A DNA stretch of 32,000 nucleotides from Aliivibrio fischeri ES114 (GTDB lineage: Bacteria > Pseudomonadota > Gammaproteobacteria > Enterobacterales > Vibrionaceae). The position numbers and the translations under genes were made by a program. Positions 12,563 through 23,425 of the stretch are shown here, piece after piece. Numbering within the stretch: position 1 is the first letter of the stretch; each line of letters opens with the position of its first letter. The notes below the pieces were generated by a model. The model saw nothing but the letters and a program-made list of their open reading frames with translations, had not been told where the DNA came from and did not search any database. The stretch is taken from the NCBI RefSeq assembly GCF_000011805.1, contig NC_006840.2; one strand, 5' to 3'.

Positions 12563-13275
12563 TTTAGAATACTCCTTGTTCTAGGAAGAAACAGTTCCCT
12601 ACTTTTTAGGGGCTTACCGCCAAGATACGGCTTTAAGGCTATACGTGTAAAGCGTTTTGCCGCTTTTAATTGTTCTGGTGTTGTAAATCGTCGCTCACTA
12701 ATGGCAATAAGCTCATTACCTTTAAAGCTCATTAAAGGGTCATGACGAATAGACGCCATAAAACCTTGTTGCTCACGGTAACGATAAGTCATTTCAGGAG
12801 AGACCATTTCACCACTACCTGCACAATGTAAGAAATCAACGCCGTAACCCATTGCTGATAATAAAGCCAATTCAAAACGTCGTAGTGCTGGTTCTGGGTT
12901 GGTACTCTGAGCTAATTCAGTTAAAGCAGTTAGATAATCAAGAAAAAGAGCTGGATATGGGGTTTCTTGCTCTACAACTCGCACCAATAATTCATTGATG
13001 TACATTGCTGAGTAAAGATTTATACCGGTAAGAGGGATGCCTAAGCTGATAGTTTCAGCTTGTCGCAGTGTACGCATGGAGCCTTTACCTGACCATTTCA
13101 TGAGTAATGGCGTGAAGGCTTGTAGTACGCCTTTTAAATTAGAGCGTTTACTTCTCGCCCCTTTAGAGATAATAGATAAACGGCCATATTCCTCGCTAAA
13201 CACATCTAAAATTAGACTGCTTTCACTATATGGTCTACGGTGCAGGACAAAACAGCGTTGTAAGCCTTCTTCCAC
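12559..13275 (-). CDS. recO: DNA repair protein RecO
   Basis: [41 protein letters not shown]..., within the rnc-era-recO-pdxJ-acpS order. Confidence 0.95.
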   Translation of the reverse strand: MEEGLQRCFVLHRRPYSESSLILDVFSEEYGRLSIISKGARSKRSNLKGVLQAFTPLLMKWSGKGSMRTLRQAETISLGIPLTGINLYSAMYINELLVRVVEQETPYPALFLDYLTALTELAQSTNPEPALRRFELALLSAMGYGVDFLHCAGSGEMVSPEMTYRYREQQGFMASIRHDPLMSFKGNELIAISERRFTTPEQLKAAKRFTRIALKPYLGGKPLKSRELFLPRTRSILK

Positions 13276-13296
13276 GTTTCTTACCTATAAATAAGA

Positions 13297-13399
13297 GTTC
13301 AGATCGCTTCACTTGCAGATTTCAGAAGAGCCGCGGTAAGACTCGATGCCTACCGCGGCTCTTCTGAACCCTTTAAGGGAGCTTGCGACCGATCTGAAC
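13297..13399. repeat. Nested GC-rich palindromic element between era and recO
   Basis: Inner perfect 18-bp inverted repeat TTCAGAAGAGCCGCGGTA (13321-13338) / TACCGCGGCTCTTCTGAA (13351-13368). Outer perfect 10-bp pair GTTCAGATCG (13297-13306) / CGATCTGAAC (13390-13399). Further palindrome CCCTTTAAGGG (13369-13379). Confidence 0.9.
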
Positions 13400-13409
13400 C
13401 CTGCTTTTT

Positions 13410-14375
13410 CTATAAATCGTCAATGTAACCTAGAGAACGAAGTGCTCGCTCATCATCAGCCCATCCAGATTTCACTTTAACCCAAAGCTCTAAATACACT
13501 TTGCGGTCAAACAAACCTTCCATATCGATTCGAGCTTCACGACCAATAGTTTTGATCTTCTCACCGTTCTTACCAATAACCATTTTTTTCTGGCCATGGC
13601 GTTCAACAAGGATCAAACCATTGATGTGGAAACCATCCATTTTTGGATTGTAATCAAAACGTTCGATTTCAACGGTTACAGAATAAGGTAATTCTTCACC
13701 AGTAAAACGCATCAGTTTTTCACGGATAATTTCTGATGCCATGAAACGTTGAGAACGGTCAGTTACGTATTCTTCAGGGAAGTGGTGAACCGCTTTAGGT
13801 AAGTATTCACGAACTAACTTATGAACTACATCTACGTTCGAACCTGTTTTTGCTGAAATTGGCACAACATCAACAAAATCCATTTTTTCAGTCATCTCTT
13901 GTAAGTGAGTCATAACGTCTTTTTTATCTTTAACGTTATCAACTTTATTCACTAACAATACTGTTGGGAATTCAGATTTCTTCAGCTTGTTTAGAACCAT
14001 TTCATCATCAGGAGTCCAGTGAGTACCATCCACAAGGAATAATACTAGGTTCACATCACTTAACGATGAGTTTGCTGCACGGTTCATCAAACGGTTAATA
14101 GCACGTTTTTCTTCAATATGAAGCCCCGGAGTATCAACATAAATCGCTTGATAATCACCATCAGTATCAACACCCATAATACGGTGACGAGTAGTCTGTG
14201 GCTTACGTGACGTAATCGAAATCTTCTGACCTAAGATTTGGTTAAGAAGTGTTGATTTACCCACATTTGGACGACCAACAATCGCAATGAAACCACAGTG
14301 TTGGTTATCACTTACTTCTGATTTTTTTTCTGATGCGAAATACGCGTCTAAATCAAATTCTTTTTCATCTGACAT
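13410..14375 (-). CDS. era: Ribosome-associated GTPase Era
   Basis: [21 protein letters not shown], and KH domain [21 protein letters not shown]. Confidence 0.98.
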   Translation of the reverse strand: MSDEKEFDLDAYFASEKKSEVSDNQHCGFIAIVGRPNVGKSTLLNQILGQKISITSRKPQTTRHRIMGVDTDGDYQAIYVDTPGLHIEEKRAINRLMNRAANSSLSDVNLVLFLVDGTHWTPDDEMVLNKLKKSEFPTVLLVNKVDNVKDKKDVMTHLQEMTEKMDFVDVVPISAKTGSNVDVVHKLVREYLPKAVHHFPEEYVTDRSQRFMASEIIREKLMRFTGEELPYSVTVEIERFDYNPKMDGFHINGLILVERHGQKKMVIGKNGEKIKTIGREARIDMEGLFDRKVYLELWVKVKSGWADDERALRSLGYIDDL

Positions 14376-15046
14376 TAGTTAAGTTGTCCTAATGCAATGT
14401 CAGCAGCCGACTGTTCTGCCTTGCGGCGACTGCTTCCTTTTCCGATAACCGGCTTATCCAAGCCAGCCACGATACATTCAATAGTGAACTCTTGATTATG
14501 AGCTTCACCTTTAATTTTCGTTACTGTGTACGTAGGTAATGGCTTACGACGACCTTGTAAGTACTCTTGAAGACGTGTTTTCGGGTCTTTCTGAGATACG
14601 CCAGGTTCAATTGATTCAAGGCGAGTGTTGTACCAAGATAAAATAATGCCACGTACTGTTTCAGTATCACTATCTAAATAGATAGCACCGATAATTGCTT
14701 CTACCGCATCCGCTAAAATAGAATCACGACGGAAACCACCACTTTTTAATTCGCCAGGGCCTAAGTATAGGTAATCACCTAGCTGAAACTCACGACCAAG
14801 CTCTGCTAATGTATGACCACGAACTAATGTTGCACGCATACGACTCATATCACCTTCATCCACTTTAGGGAAACGGTGGTACAAATCATCTGCAACAACA
14901 AAGCTCAAAATCGAGTCGCCTAAAAACTCTAGACGTTCATTGTGTGTACCATTAGCGCTACGGTGAGTCAGTGCTAACTTAAGAAAACTTTCATCTTTAA
15001 ATTGATAGCCAATTTTCTTTTCTAAGCGTTGTAGTGAAGAATTCAT
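14375..15046 (-). CDS. rnc: Ribonuclease III
   Basis: RNase III signature [12 protein letters not shown] and a C-terminal dsRBD ([20 protein letters not shown]). Its stop overlaps the era start by 1 nt. Confidence 0.98.
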   Translation of the reverse strand: MNSSLQRLEKKIGYQFKDESFLKLALTHRSANGTHNERLEFLGDSILSFVVADDLYHRFPKVDEGDMSRMRATLVRGHTLAELGREFQLGDYLYLGPGELKSGGFRRDSILADAVEAIIGAIYLDSDTETVRGIILSWYNTRLESIEPGVSQKDPKTRLQEYLQGRRKPLPTYTVTKIKGEAHNQEFTIECIVAGLDKPVIGKGSSRRKAEQSAADIALGQLN

Positions 15047-15056
15047 ATATTTTTAA

Positions 15057-15959
15057 TCAGTCTATGCCACCGATGCGATTGAAACGAACACCAGTAGGAA
15101 TAAAGGAAGGCAGCATGCTATCGCTACCACGGTCAAATTCAAAGCTGATCCAGATCCCGACCGCTTTACCAACCAAGTTCGCTTCAGGAACAAATCCCCA
15201 ATAACGACTGTCAGCACTGTTGTCACGATTGTCGCCCATCACAAAGTAGTTACCTTCTGGTACTACCCATTCGTTGTAACCTGGTCGAGGTTGATACATC
15301 GACACACGATCTGAACGCATAGGGTTAACCAAAATATCATGCGTTGTATCTTTCGCTAACTGTTCAGTATATTGAACTAAATTAGTGCGATCTTGCATGA
15401 ATTCACTGTCTTTCATATTCGTTAATGGAATAATTTTACACTGGTCTTCACCTTTTGGCTTCACACACAATTGCTTCGATGAGCTATAAATAACGGTATC
15501 GCCAGGTTCACCTACTACACGTTTAATATAGTCGATATTTGGTTGTGGTGGATATTTAAATACAACAATATCACCACGTTCTGGTTTACCAGTTTCTACA
15601 AGTTGTGAACGCCAAACAGGATCTTTAATTCCATAAGAGAATTTTTCAACCAAGATAAAGTCACCAACCAATAACGTCGGCATCATCGAACCGGATGGGA
15701 TCTGGAACGGCTCATAAATAAATGAGCGCAACACTAAAACAATACCAATTACAGGAAAAATAGAGACAGACTGCTCAATCCACGCAGGTTGTGGCGCTAC
15801 TTTTTCAAGTGTCGCTTCATCAACTTGCCCGTTCGCTTGTTCACGTGCCGACGCAATTTTTTGCTTACGCTTAGGTGCCCATACGAACTTATCAATTGCC
15901 CAAATAACACCAGTAAACAGTGTTACTAGAACCAATATCAGTGAAAAAGTGTTAGCCAT
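15057..15959 (-). CDS. lepB: Signal peptidase I
   Basis: Catalytic region PSGSMMPTLLVGDFILVEKFSYG..., KRIV-like RVVGEPGD, and GDNRDNSADSRYWGFV. Confidence 0.98.
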   Translation of the reverse strand: MANTFSLILVLVTLFTGVIWAIDKFVWAPKRKQKIASAREQANGQVDEATLEKVAPQPAWIEQSVSIFPVIGIVLVLRSFIYEPFQIPSGSMMPTLLVGDFILVEKFSYGIKDPVWRSQLVETGKPERGDIVVFKYPPQPNIDYIKRVVGEPGDTVIYSSSKQLCVKPKGEDQCKIIPLTNMKDSEFMQDRTNLVQYTEQLAKDTTHDILVNPMRSDRVSMYQPRPGYNEWVVPEGNYFVMGDNRDNSADSRYWGFVPEANLVGKAVGIWISFEFDRGSDSMLPSFIPTGVRFNRIGGID

Positions 15960-16081
15960 TACATTCCCTTAAGTTATTTAGTGTTGCATAACAAAGAAAG
16001 CGAAGACCATTGATCATCGCTTTCTTTGAGCTGTAATAAAGCTTAAATTTACAGAACTCTGAGGATTCAGAAATCAGAAAA

Positions 16082-17875
16082 TTAATCTTTACCTACATGA
16101 AGAATCGCAAGGAAAGCTTCTTGTGGTAATTCAACATTACCAATTTGCTTCATACGTTTCTTACCTTCTTTCTGCTTCTTCAACAGTTTCTTCTTACGAC
16201 TTACGTCACCACCATAACATTTAGCGATTACGTTTTTACGTAATTGTTTTACTGTTGAACGAGCAATAATGTGGTTACCAATCGCTGCTTGAATTGCAAT
16301 ATCAAACATTTGACGAGGGATAAATTCTTTCATCTTCTCAACTAATAGACGACCACGAGATTGTGAGTTGTCTTTGTGAGTAATGATAGCTAGAGCATCC
16401 ACTTTGTCGCCGTTTAATAGAACATCAACACGAACCATGCTTGATGCTTCATAACGTTGGAAGTTGTAATCAAGTGATGCATAACCACGAGATGTTGATT
16501 TCAAACGGTCAAAGAAGTCTAAAACTACTTCAGCCATTGGAACATCATAAGTTACCGCTACTTGGTTACCGTGGTACTGCATGTCCACTTGTACGCCACG
16601 CTTCTCTACACAAAGTGTGATTACATTACCTAAGTAGTCTGATGGTACTAAGATATTACAACGAGCAATTGGTTCACGGATCTCATCAATATCATTAACT
16701 GCTGGTAATTTCGCAGGACTATCTACATACAGAATTTCACCATCAGTTTTTGCTACTTCGTAAACTACTGTTGGTGCTGTTGTGATTAAGTCAAGATCGT
16801 ATTCACGCTCTAGACGCTCTTGGATAATTTCCATGTGAAGCATGCCAAGGAAGCCACAACGGAAACCAAAACCAAGTGCAGCTGAACTTTCTGGTTCATA
16901 GAAAAGTGAAGCATCGTTTAGGCTTAATTTACCAAGTGCATCACGGAAGTTTTCGTAATCATCAGAAGATACAGGGAATAAACCTGCATATACTTGTGGT
17001 TTTACTTTTTGGAAACCAGGTAAACGCTCTTCACACCCGCCTTTCGCGTGTGTCAATGTATCACCTACTGGCGCACCAAGAATATCTTTGATACCACAAA
17101 CAACCCAACCTACTTCGCCAGTATTCAATACATCAGTATCGATTTGTTTTGGAGTGAAGATACCAATACGGTCGATACCCCAAACTTGGCCAGTACTCAT
17201 TACTTTGATCTTGTCATTTTTCTTCAGTGAACCATTTTTGATTCGAACTAGAGAAACAACACCTAAGTAGTTATCGAACCATGAGTCGATAATAAGTGCT
17301 TGTGTTGGTGCTTCAGGGTCGCCTTCTGGTGCAGGAATAGATTTAACGATAGTTTCAAGAACTTCATCAACACCTAAACCCGTTTTTGCTGAACAGCGCG
17401 TTGCGTCTGTTGCATCAATACCAACGATCTCTTCGATTTCTTCAGCTACACGATCTGGATCTGCTGCAGGTAAGTCAATCTTGTTTAAGATTGGAACTAC
17501 TTCTAGGTCCATTTCGATAGCTGTGTAACAGTTTGCTAGAGTCTGTGCTTCTACACCTTGACCCGCATCGACAACCAATAGCGCACCTTCACAGGCAGCA
17601 AGTGAACGCGATACTTCGTAAGAGAAGTCAACGTGTCCAGGTGTGTCGATAAAGTTTAGTTGATAAGTCTCACCATCTTTAGCCGTGTAGTCGAGCGTCA
17701 CACTCTGGGCTTTGATGGTGATACCACGTTCACGTTCTAGATCCATTGAATCAAGAACTTGCGCTGCCATTTCACGGTCTGACAGGCCACCACAAACTTG
17801 GATTAGGCGGTCAGATAGTGTCGATTTACCGTGATCGATATGGGCAATAATAGAAAAATTACGAATGTGCTTCAT
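16082..17875 (-). CDS. lepA: Elongation factor 4 (LepA)
   Basis: [26 protein letters not shown]..., [28 protein letters not shown]. Confidence 0.98.
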   Translation of the reverse strand: MKHIRNFSIIAHIDHGKSTLSDRLIQVCGGLSDREMAAQVLDSMDLERERGITIKAQSVTLDYTAKDGETYQLNFIDTPGHVDFSYEVSRSLAACEGALLVVDAGQGVEAQTLANCYTAIEMDLEVVPILNKIDLPAADPDRVAEEIEEIVGIDATDATRCSAKTGLGVDEVLETIVKSIPAPEGDPEAPTQALIIDSWFDNYLGVVSLVRIKNGSLKKNDKIKVMSTGQVWGIDRIGIFTPKQIDTDVLNTGEVGWVVCGIKDILGAPVGDTLTHAKGGCEERLPGFQKVKPQVYAGLFPVSSDDYENFRDALGKLSLNDASLFYEPESSAALGFGFRCGFLGMLHMEIIQERLEREYDLDLITTAPTVVYEVAKTDGEILYVDSPAKLPAVNDIDEIREPIARCNILVPSDYLGNVITLCVEKRGVQVDMQYHGNQVAVTYDVPMAEVVLDFFDRLKSTSRGYASLDYNFQRYEASSMVRVDVLLNGDKVDALAIITHKDNSQSRGRLLVEKMKEFIPRQMFDIAIQAAIGNHIIARSTVKQLRKNVIAKCYGGDVSRKKKLLKKQKEGKKRMKQIGNVELPQEAFLAILHVGKD

Positions 17876-17964
17876 GAATGATGTGACAAACTCAATTAGT
17901 TAATAGGATTGGATCGTGAGATCAAGTTGTGGGATTCTACCCAATTTCTGAGCAAGTCGCTATC

Positions 17965-18450
17965 TTATCGTGCAGCATTTCCCAAGTTTGTGTCGGAAAC
18001 GGGTTCTCCTAGCACTCTAAGCAAGCTAACTTGTTGTTCTGTTTTTTGTTCAATATGATGAGAAAGTCTTTTTGCTAATTGGTAACCACCAAGAGCAAAT
18101 AAAACCGATACAACAATTGTTGTTAACTCTCCAAGCCCAATCATTGGACTTAAAAACCACTCGGACAATAACGCACCAAACAATAAAAACAGAAGTGGTG
18201 TTAAATAAACAATAGCAGCGGACTGCAATAAATTCTTCTCTGGTAGGCCAATTTCAACCAATTGACCTACTGATAACTTTTTCTCAGTATGAAATGCCCA
18301 ATGATGGACTTTTCCAGGTAGCGCTTTAGAAACAATCCCTGTTCCACAAGAGTCTTTTGATGAGCAGTGGTTACAACTTGTTTTTTGTTGGCATCCCACC
18401 ACTACAATATCTTCTTGTACTTCAAGAACGGTAGCTAATGCAGTCATCAT
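17965..18450 (-). CDS. rseC: SoxR-reducing / sigmaE regulatory protein RseC
   Basis: Four-cysteine motif CQQKTSCNHCSSKDSCGTGIVSKAL followed by transmembrane helices; adjacent to rseB-rseA-rpoE. Confidence 0.93.
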   Translation of the reverse strand: MMTALATVLEVQEDIVVVGCQQKTSCNHCSSKDSCGTGIVSKALPGKVHHWAFHTEKKLSVGQLVEIGLPEKNLLQSAAIVYLTPLLFLLFGALLSEWFLSPMIGLGELTTIVVSVLFALGGYQLAKRLSHHIEQKTEQQVSLLRVLGEPVSDTNLGNAAR

Positions 18451-18455
18451 TTCGC

Positions 18456-19433
18456 TTACTTATCCTCAATAATAGGTTTTGATTCACTAAACACCACTGA
18501 TTCAGCAATTCGTTTAGCCGTTAATGCTGGAATATCACCAACAACACTGATTTCATAATCGCCTTTAATATAACTATGTAATGAGCGACGACCTTGGCGA
18601 ACAAGTTGTTCTTTATGACTGAGTTTATCGGCTTCTGAGATATAAACCGAAAAATTAAATAGACCATCAGAATACATCTGACTTTCTACCGCTCTTTGAT
18701 TCATCGCTAAACGATAACGGTTGAAGTGAATATTTTTAAATCCACTTGGTATCCATGTCACTTCCCATGTTGCTTTATCACTTGTCGAGCTTGGAATAGA
18801 AAGTACTTTAGGTAGCTCAGCATCACCTAATCGCTGTGTCATATACGTCGCAATTTGATCATTTACGGTATATGAAATGACACGATATTGCTCAATGATA
18901 TCACCTTCTCGACTGACTAAATCAGTTCTCATAGGTAGATGACTACGCTCATCAATCCAGACAATGTAAGAATATCGATTACCGTCTTTTGAAACAATTC
19001 GCACCACTTGAGATGCCGTACCTGCTTCTCTTGCTCTACCTACAGATACAAAATCGTAATACTGTTTTAATTGTGCAATATCTTTATGTAGAAGAGGAAT
19101 AATCGGAGCGACAATAGCTTCAGATTTTATCGTAAATGGCTTGCTACCTTGCTCTAAGTAACTAATTTCGTTGTTTCGACGAATCACTTCACGCATAGAA
19201 CCGCTCAAATAAACTAAATGAGACAGCGTCATATTCTCTGAATGTGAATGACGATACATAAAAGGTTCTATGCTACTTTTCTTAACTAAAATATAAGAAA
19301 GCTCATAATTTAAATTATGGCTAGCCTCTCCCATCAGATGCAACAAAGCCTCAGCAGAAGGTTTTTCTTCAGCTGAGGCCATTATTGGAAAGAAGCTGAC
19401 CAATGCAATAAAGCTGATCAGGATACGTTTCAT
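18456..19433 (-). CDS. rseB: SigmaE regulatory periplasmic protein RseB
   Basis: Signal peptide MKRILISFIALVSFFPIMASA; position between rseA and rseC; RseB-like sequence (PSGFKNIHFNRYRL..., HMVYSDGL-type region). Confidence 0.93.
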   Translation of the reverse strand: MKRILISFIALVSFFPIMASAEEKPSAEALLHLMGEASHNLNYELSYILVKKSSIEPFMYRHSHSENMTLSHLVYLSGSMREVIRRNNEISYLEQGSKPFTIKSEAIVAPIIPLLHKDIAQLKQYYDFVSVGRAREAGTASQVVRIVSKDGNRYSYIVWIDERSHLPMRTDLVSREGDIIEQYRVISYTVNDQIATYMTQRLGDAELPKVLSIPSSTSDKATWEVTWIPSGFKNIHFNRYRLAMNQRAVESQMYSDGLFNFSVYISEADKLSHKEQLVRQGRRSLHSYIKGDYEISVVGDIPALTAKRIAESVVFSESKPIIEDK

Positions 19434-20060
19434 CTATTCTGCCAATGTTGAATTTTGTTCTAACAGCTCTCTATCAATCGAACCATCGTGAGCATTCAAA
19501 CGAAGTTGTAATTCATAATCTTGTAGCATCGCATTAATACGTTTACGTTGCTCCATTACATCCGCTTCATTCGACGTTTTATTCACTAAGGAATCACGCG
19601 TTAAACTCACAGGCTCAGCACTGCCGCTAAACGGAATGGTATCAAGCACTTGAATATCCCCACTAGCAGGAATTGCACTTGGTTCTGAACCGTTATATTG
19701 CTGAACACCAACAATAACAACCAACGAGAAGCAGGCAGCCATGGCTACTTGGCCAAATTGAGTTAACCAACTAGGTAATGTCTTCTTTGCTTCACTTGGT
19801 GTAGGTTGCGACGGCATAAATTCCGTCACCGTATCATTCATAGAATGAGCGGGTTCATCCTCAAGAGCGAGAGCAACGTTGGCAGCAATATTCCATTCTT
19901 TGCTGTCAGGCGCATCGCCTCTCATAACATCACCAATTAAATGGTAATTTTTCCAAGTCTCTGCATTTTCAGTGTTTGATAAGGATTCAATGAACGCGTT
20001 GTCCATCTCTTCATTATCTATAAACGCAGATATTTGTTCTTTATCAGTCATTGTCTTCAC
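19434..20060 (-). CDS. rseA: Anti-sigmaE factor RseA. The start may be MTDKEQISAF at 20051.
   Basis: MTDKEQISAFIDNE..., WKNYHLIGDVMRG, and a single transmembrane segment (VAMAACFSLVVIVGVQQY); immediately downstream of rpoE. Confidence 0.93.
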   Translation of the reverse strand: MKTMTDKEQISAFIDNEEMDNAFIESLSNTENAETWKNYHLIGDVMRGDAPDSKEWNIAANVALALEDEPAHSMNDTVTEFMPSQPTPSEAKKTLPSWLTQFGQVAMAACFSLVVIVGVQQYNGSEPSAIPASGDIQVLDTIPFSGSAEPVSLTRDSLVNKTSNEADVMEQRKRINAMLQDYELQLRLNAHDGSIDRELLEQNSTLAE

Positions 20061-20080
20061 CGTTTGACCGTTGGAAATAA

Positions 20081-20659
20081 TTAACGCTGCATTAGCGGTT
20101 GGATTTTTTTCTCAACAACTTCACGAGCTCGGAAAATACGCGAACGAACCGTACCAACCGGACACTCCATTACAGCAGCAATTTCTTCATAACTTAAGCC
20201 CTCTAGCTCGCGTAATGTAATTGCTGTTTTTAAATCTTCTGGCAATCCATCAATTGTTGAAAAGACGATCTCTCTTAACTCTTCTGACAACGATAAATTC
20301 TCTGGGTTCGTGATTTCCTTTAATGCACTCGCCCCTTCATAATATTCCGCCTCTTCTGCATCAACATCTGATGCTGGCGGCCTGCGTCCTTGAGCAACAA
20401 GGTAATTCTTAGCTGTATTGACTGCTATGCGATACAACCAAGTATAAAATGCACTGTCCCCACGAAAGGTTGGTAACGCACGATACGCTTTAATAAACGC
20501 TTCCTGGGCTACATCAGGCACATCACCACTGTTCTTTACGTAACGAGCAACAAGGTTACATACTTTGTTTTGATATTTTACAACAAGATGATTAAATGCT
20601 TGTTTATCGCCACGTTGAACACGCTCAATTAAAACTTGATCTGTTAACTGCTCACTCAT
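20081..20659 (-). CDS. rpoE: RNA polymerase sigma factor RpoE (sigma24). The likely start is MSEQLTDQ at 20659, not 20677.
   Basis: MSEQLTDQVLIERVQRGDKQAFNHLVVKYQNKV...ARYV...DVAQEAFIKAYRAL...LEGLSYEEIAAVMECPVGTVRSRIFRARE. Confidence 0.98.
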   Translation of the reverse strand: MSEQLTDQVLIERVQRGDKQAFNHLVVKYQNKVCNLVARYVKNSGDVPDVAQEAFIKAYRALPTFRGDSAFYTWLYRIAVNTAKNYLVAQGRRPPASDVDAEEAEYYEGASALKEITNPENLSLSEELREIVFSTIDGLPEDLKTAITLRELEGLSYEEIAAVMECPVGTVRSRIFRAREVVEKKIQPLMQR

Positions 20660-20763
20660 TGGAGCGGGTACTCCCATGTTATTCTTCTTAGATGCGCATT
20701 AAGTCTACATAACGCAATAGCTTATAATGAACCAGCTATACCACGATTAACTTGAGCACTATG

Positions 20764-20791
20764 TATGAGTTTCTAATTCTTAGAAAGTTCC
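20764..20791 (-). promoter_or_regulatory. Candidate sigmaE-dependent promoter of rpoE (autoregulation)
   Basis: Minus strand reads GGAACTT (20791-20785) - 16 nt TCTAAGAATTAGAAAC - TCATA (20768-20764), resembling the sigmaE consensus GGAACTT-N16-TCTGA/TCTAA. Confidence 0.65.
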
Positions 20792-20971
20792 TTTATTATT
20801 ACATTTTTTTATCAATTTAATATATCTATATCAATCCATGGGACTTTAAAATCCTTTTTGCTGATATTTACGAACTTTTATTCTTGATATTTAAGATTCC
20901 ATTCCAAAATGTGACGCAACCGGATAGATTCTGGTAAAATGATCGGATTATCACAGGAAAATGATGAATAT

Positions 20972-22591
20972 ATGAACATAACCAATGAACACAGTTGTGA
21001 CGTTTTAGTCATAGGCAGTGGTGCTGCTGGTCTTTCTCTTGCCCTTAGAGTCGCACCACATGGAAAGGTGATCGTCTTAAGTAAAGGCCCTCGAAATGAA
21101 GGCTCAACCTATTACGCTCAAGGCGGCATAGCTGCCGTATTTGATGAAAGTGATACCGTTGAATCACATGTTGAAGATACCCTTGTAGCAGGCGCGCACA
21201 TATGTGACCGAGATGTCGTTACATTTATTGCAGAAAACGCAAAACATTGCGTTCAATGGTTAATTGATGGCGGCGTTCCTTTTGATCACGATGATGAAAA
21301 AGAAACCGATATCTCCGATCCTAAATTCCATTTAACTCGTGAAGGTGGACATAGCCACCGTCGTATTTTGCATGCTGCGGATGCGACAGGTAAAGCCATG
21401 CAAAATTCACTGCAAGAGAATGTGCTTAACCACCCAAACATTACGATTTTTGAGCGCCACAATGCGTTGGATTTAATCACCGAAGATAAAATTGGTGGTG
21501 ATGCGGATAAAGTTGTTGGTGCTTATATTTGGAACCGTGATGCAGAACACGTTGAAACCGTTCGTGCCAAATTTGTTATTTTAGCCACTGGCGGTGCATC
21601 TAAAGTATACCAATACACATCAAACCCAGATGTATCTTCAGGTGATGGTATTGCAATGGCATGGCGTGCTGGTTGTCGAGTTGCTAACTTAGAATTTAAC
21701 CAATTCCACCCAACCTGTCTTTTCCACCCTGACGCACGAAACTTCTTAATGACAGAAGCATTACGTGGTGAAGGCGCTTATTTACGCCGCCCAGATGGTA
21801 CTCGTTTTATGCCAGATTTCGACGAGCGTGGTGAGCTTGCTCCTCGTGATGTTGTCGCTCGAGCTATCGATTACGAAATGAAGCGTTTAGGGGCTGACTG
21901 CATGTATTTAGACATCAGCCATAAGCCTGAAGACTTCATTCACCACCATTTCCCTACCATTAATGAAAAGCTGCTTTCATTTGGTATTGATATGACAAAA
22001 GAACCAATCCCTATCGTACCTGCTGCTCACTATACCTGTGGCGGTGTAATGGTTGATAAACAAGGCCAAACCGATATTGATGGTCTATTTGCTATTGGTG
22101 AAGTAAGTTACACCGGTCTTCATGGTGCAAACCGTTTAGCATCAAACTCACTATTAGAGTGCGTTGTGTATGCGTGGTCAGCGGCTGAATATATTATTAA
22201 AGATATGGATAAACGCGAACTGCCACCAACGCTGCCAGCATGGGATGAAAGCCAAGTTGAATGCTCTGATGAAGAAGTAGTTATTCAGCATAACTGGCAC
22301 GAACTACGCCTATTCATGTGGGATTACATGGGTATCGTTCGTACTGACAAACGTCTAGAACGTGCACTGCGCCGTATTCAATTACTAAAACAAGAAACTC
22401 ATGATTATTATAGTAATTTCAGAGTTTCGAATAACTTAATTGAATTACGAAATCTTTTAGACGTATCGGAATTGATGGTACGTTGTGCAATGAAACGTAA
22501 AGAAAGTTGTGGTTTACACTATACGCTTGACTATCCAGAGGCATTGGAAGAGTCAGGTCCAACTATTTTAGTGCCAACCAACTTTAAGTAG
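20972..22591 (+). CDS. nadB: L-aspartate oxidase. The probable start is MNITNEHS at 20972; the ORF track starts at 20939.
   Basis: [21 protein letters not shown]..., [47 protein letters not shown]; divergent from rpoE as in E. coli. Confidence 0.96.
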   Translation: MNITNEHSCDVLVIGSGAAGLSLALRVAPHGKVIVLSKGPRNEGSTYYAQGGIAAVFDESDTVESHVEDTLVAGAHICDRDVVTFIAENAKHCVQWLIDGGVPFDHDDEKETDISDPKFHLTREGGHSHRRILHAADATGKAMQNSLQENVLNHPNITIFERHNALDLITEDKIGGDADKVVGAYIWNRDAEHVETVRAKFVILATGGASKVYQYTSNPDVSSGDGIAMAWRAGCRVANLEFNQFHPTCLFHPDARNFLMTEALRGEGAYLRRPDGTRFMPDFDERGELAPRDVVARAIDYEMKRLGADCMYLDISHKPEDFIHHHFPTINEKLLSFGIDMTKEPIPIVPAAHYTCGGVMVDKQGQTDIDGLFAIGEVSYTGLHGANRLASNSLLECVVYAWSAAEYIIKDMDKRELPPTLPAWDESQVECSDEEVVIQHNWHELRLFMWDYMGIVRTDKRLERALRRIQLLKQETHDYYSNFRVSNNLIELRNLLDVSELMVRCAMKRKESCGLHYTLDYPEALEESGPTILVPTNFK

Positions 22592-22620
22592 CGAAACCTT
22601 ACTTAATAACGACAACACGA

Positions 22621-23010
22621 CTACTTTAAGAGCACCATTAATTGATGGTGCTTTTTTTTATCTATCGCATCTGAGAATAAATAAAAGAACTGCTTAGTGT
22701 AAGCATTTTCAGCATAGATGATACTTAATGAGCGACTGCTCCACAGCATCCGTTTAACCACCCAATCACGATGGTCATCGGTATCCTTCTTTGAAAAAGT
22801 ATAACTGCCTTGCTGTTCTAATAGCTGATAATAAGTGGCGTTTAGTTGTTTATAAATGAGGAAGAAAAATGAGGGAAGAAGTGGAAATGGAATAATATCC
22901 ATCAATAATATCGCCCACCCAAAGCAGAAGTAACTGCCATTCAATCCAAGATAGGCGATATAAGAGAAGTTCAGCGTTATTTTAACGTAACTTACTGAGG
23001 TTGTGCTCAA
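22621..23010 (-). CDS. ygfX: YgfX/CptA-type membrane protein, partner of sdhE (low sequence conservation)
   Basis: About 129 aa with hydrophobic N-terminal segments; overlaps the 3' end of sdhE, matching the sdhE-ygfX arrangement. The call rests mostly on context. Confidence 0.7.
   Translation of the reverse strand: MSTTSVSYVKITLNFSYIAYLGLNGSYFCFGWAILLMDIIPFPLLPSFFFLIYKQLNATYYQLLEQQGSYTFSKKDTDDHRDWVVKRMLWSSRSLSIIYAENAYTKQFFYLFSDAIDKKKHHQLMVLLK
22631..22661. terminator. Rho-independent terminator after nadB, overlapping the downstream flank of ygfX
   Basis: AGCACCAT-TAATTG-ATGGTGCT followed by a run of Ts. Confidence 0.8.
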
Positions 23011-23242
23011 CGATTTTATCTACCATAGATGCATGAGCAAGATTATCGCTGCGACCATGCCCCATAACCCATGTAAATAGGTCTGGATCATCACACTCTA
23101 ATAATGAAACAAAAGCTTGTTGCTCTGCTTCTGTTAGCTCTTCAAAACATTCATCAAAGAATGGCATTATTACCACGTCTAATTCCAGCATTCCACGACG
23201 GCAAGCCCACTTAACTCGTGCTTTTTCTTCGGCACTGTACAT
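22982..23242 (-). CDS. sdhE: FAD assembly factor SdhE (CptB/YgfY)
   Basis: [21 protein letters not shown] (RGMxE motif), 86 aa, ...[15 protein letters not shown]. Confidence 0.95.
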   Translation of the reverse strand: MYSAEEKARVKWACRRGMLELDVVIMPFFDECFEELTEAEQQAFVSLLECDDPDLFTWVMGHGRSDNLAHASMVDKIVEHNLSKLR

Positions 23243-23425
23243 ACTGTCCCCTAGCGTAAAAAATAAAATAACGGCCTTGAGTTTATCAGTCTATTTCAAC
23301 GACAACCATGATCTAAAGTCATAAGATGAAGAAGATGCGACATGAAACTACTTGTTTCTTTTTACTGACATTTAAAATTTAGACATTTACTATAAAGAAC
23401 ATAACCTAACTTAAATAAGAATTTT

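Noticed and set aside
11969-13294. Plus-strand ORFs opposite pdxJ (11969-12196) and recO (13037-13294)
   Set aside because: Shadow ORFs antisense to conserved genes.
16876-17270. Three overlapping plus-strand ORFs opposite lepA
   Set aside because: Mutually overlapping frames antisense to a highly conserved gene; most likely codon-usage artefacts.
21286-21480. Minus-strand ORF inside nadB
   Set aside because: Antisense to conserved FAD-binding region of nadB; no support.
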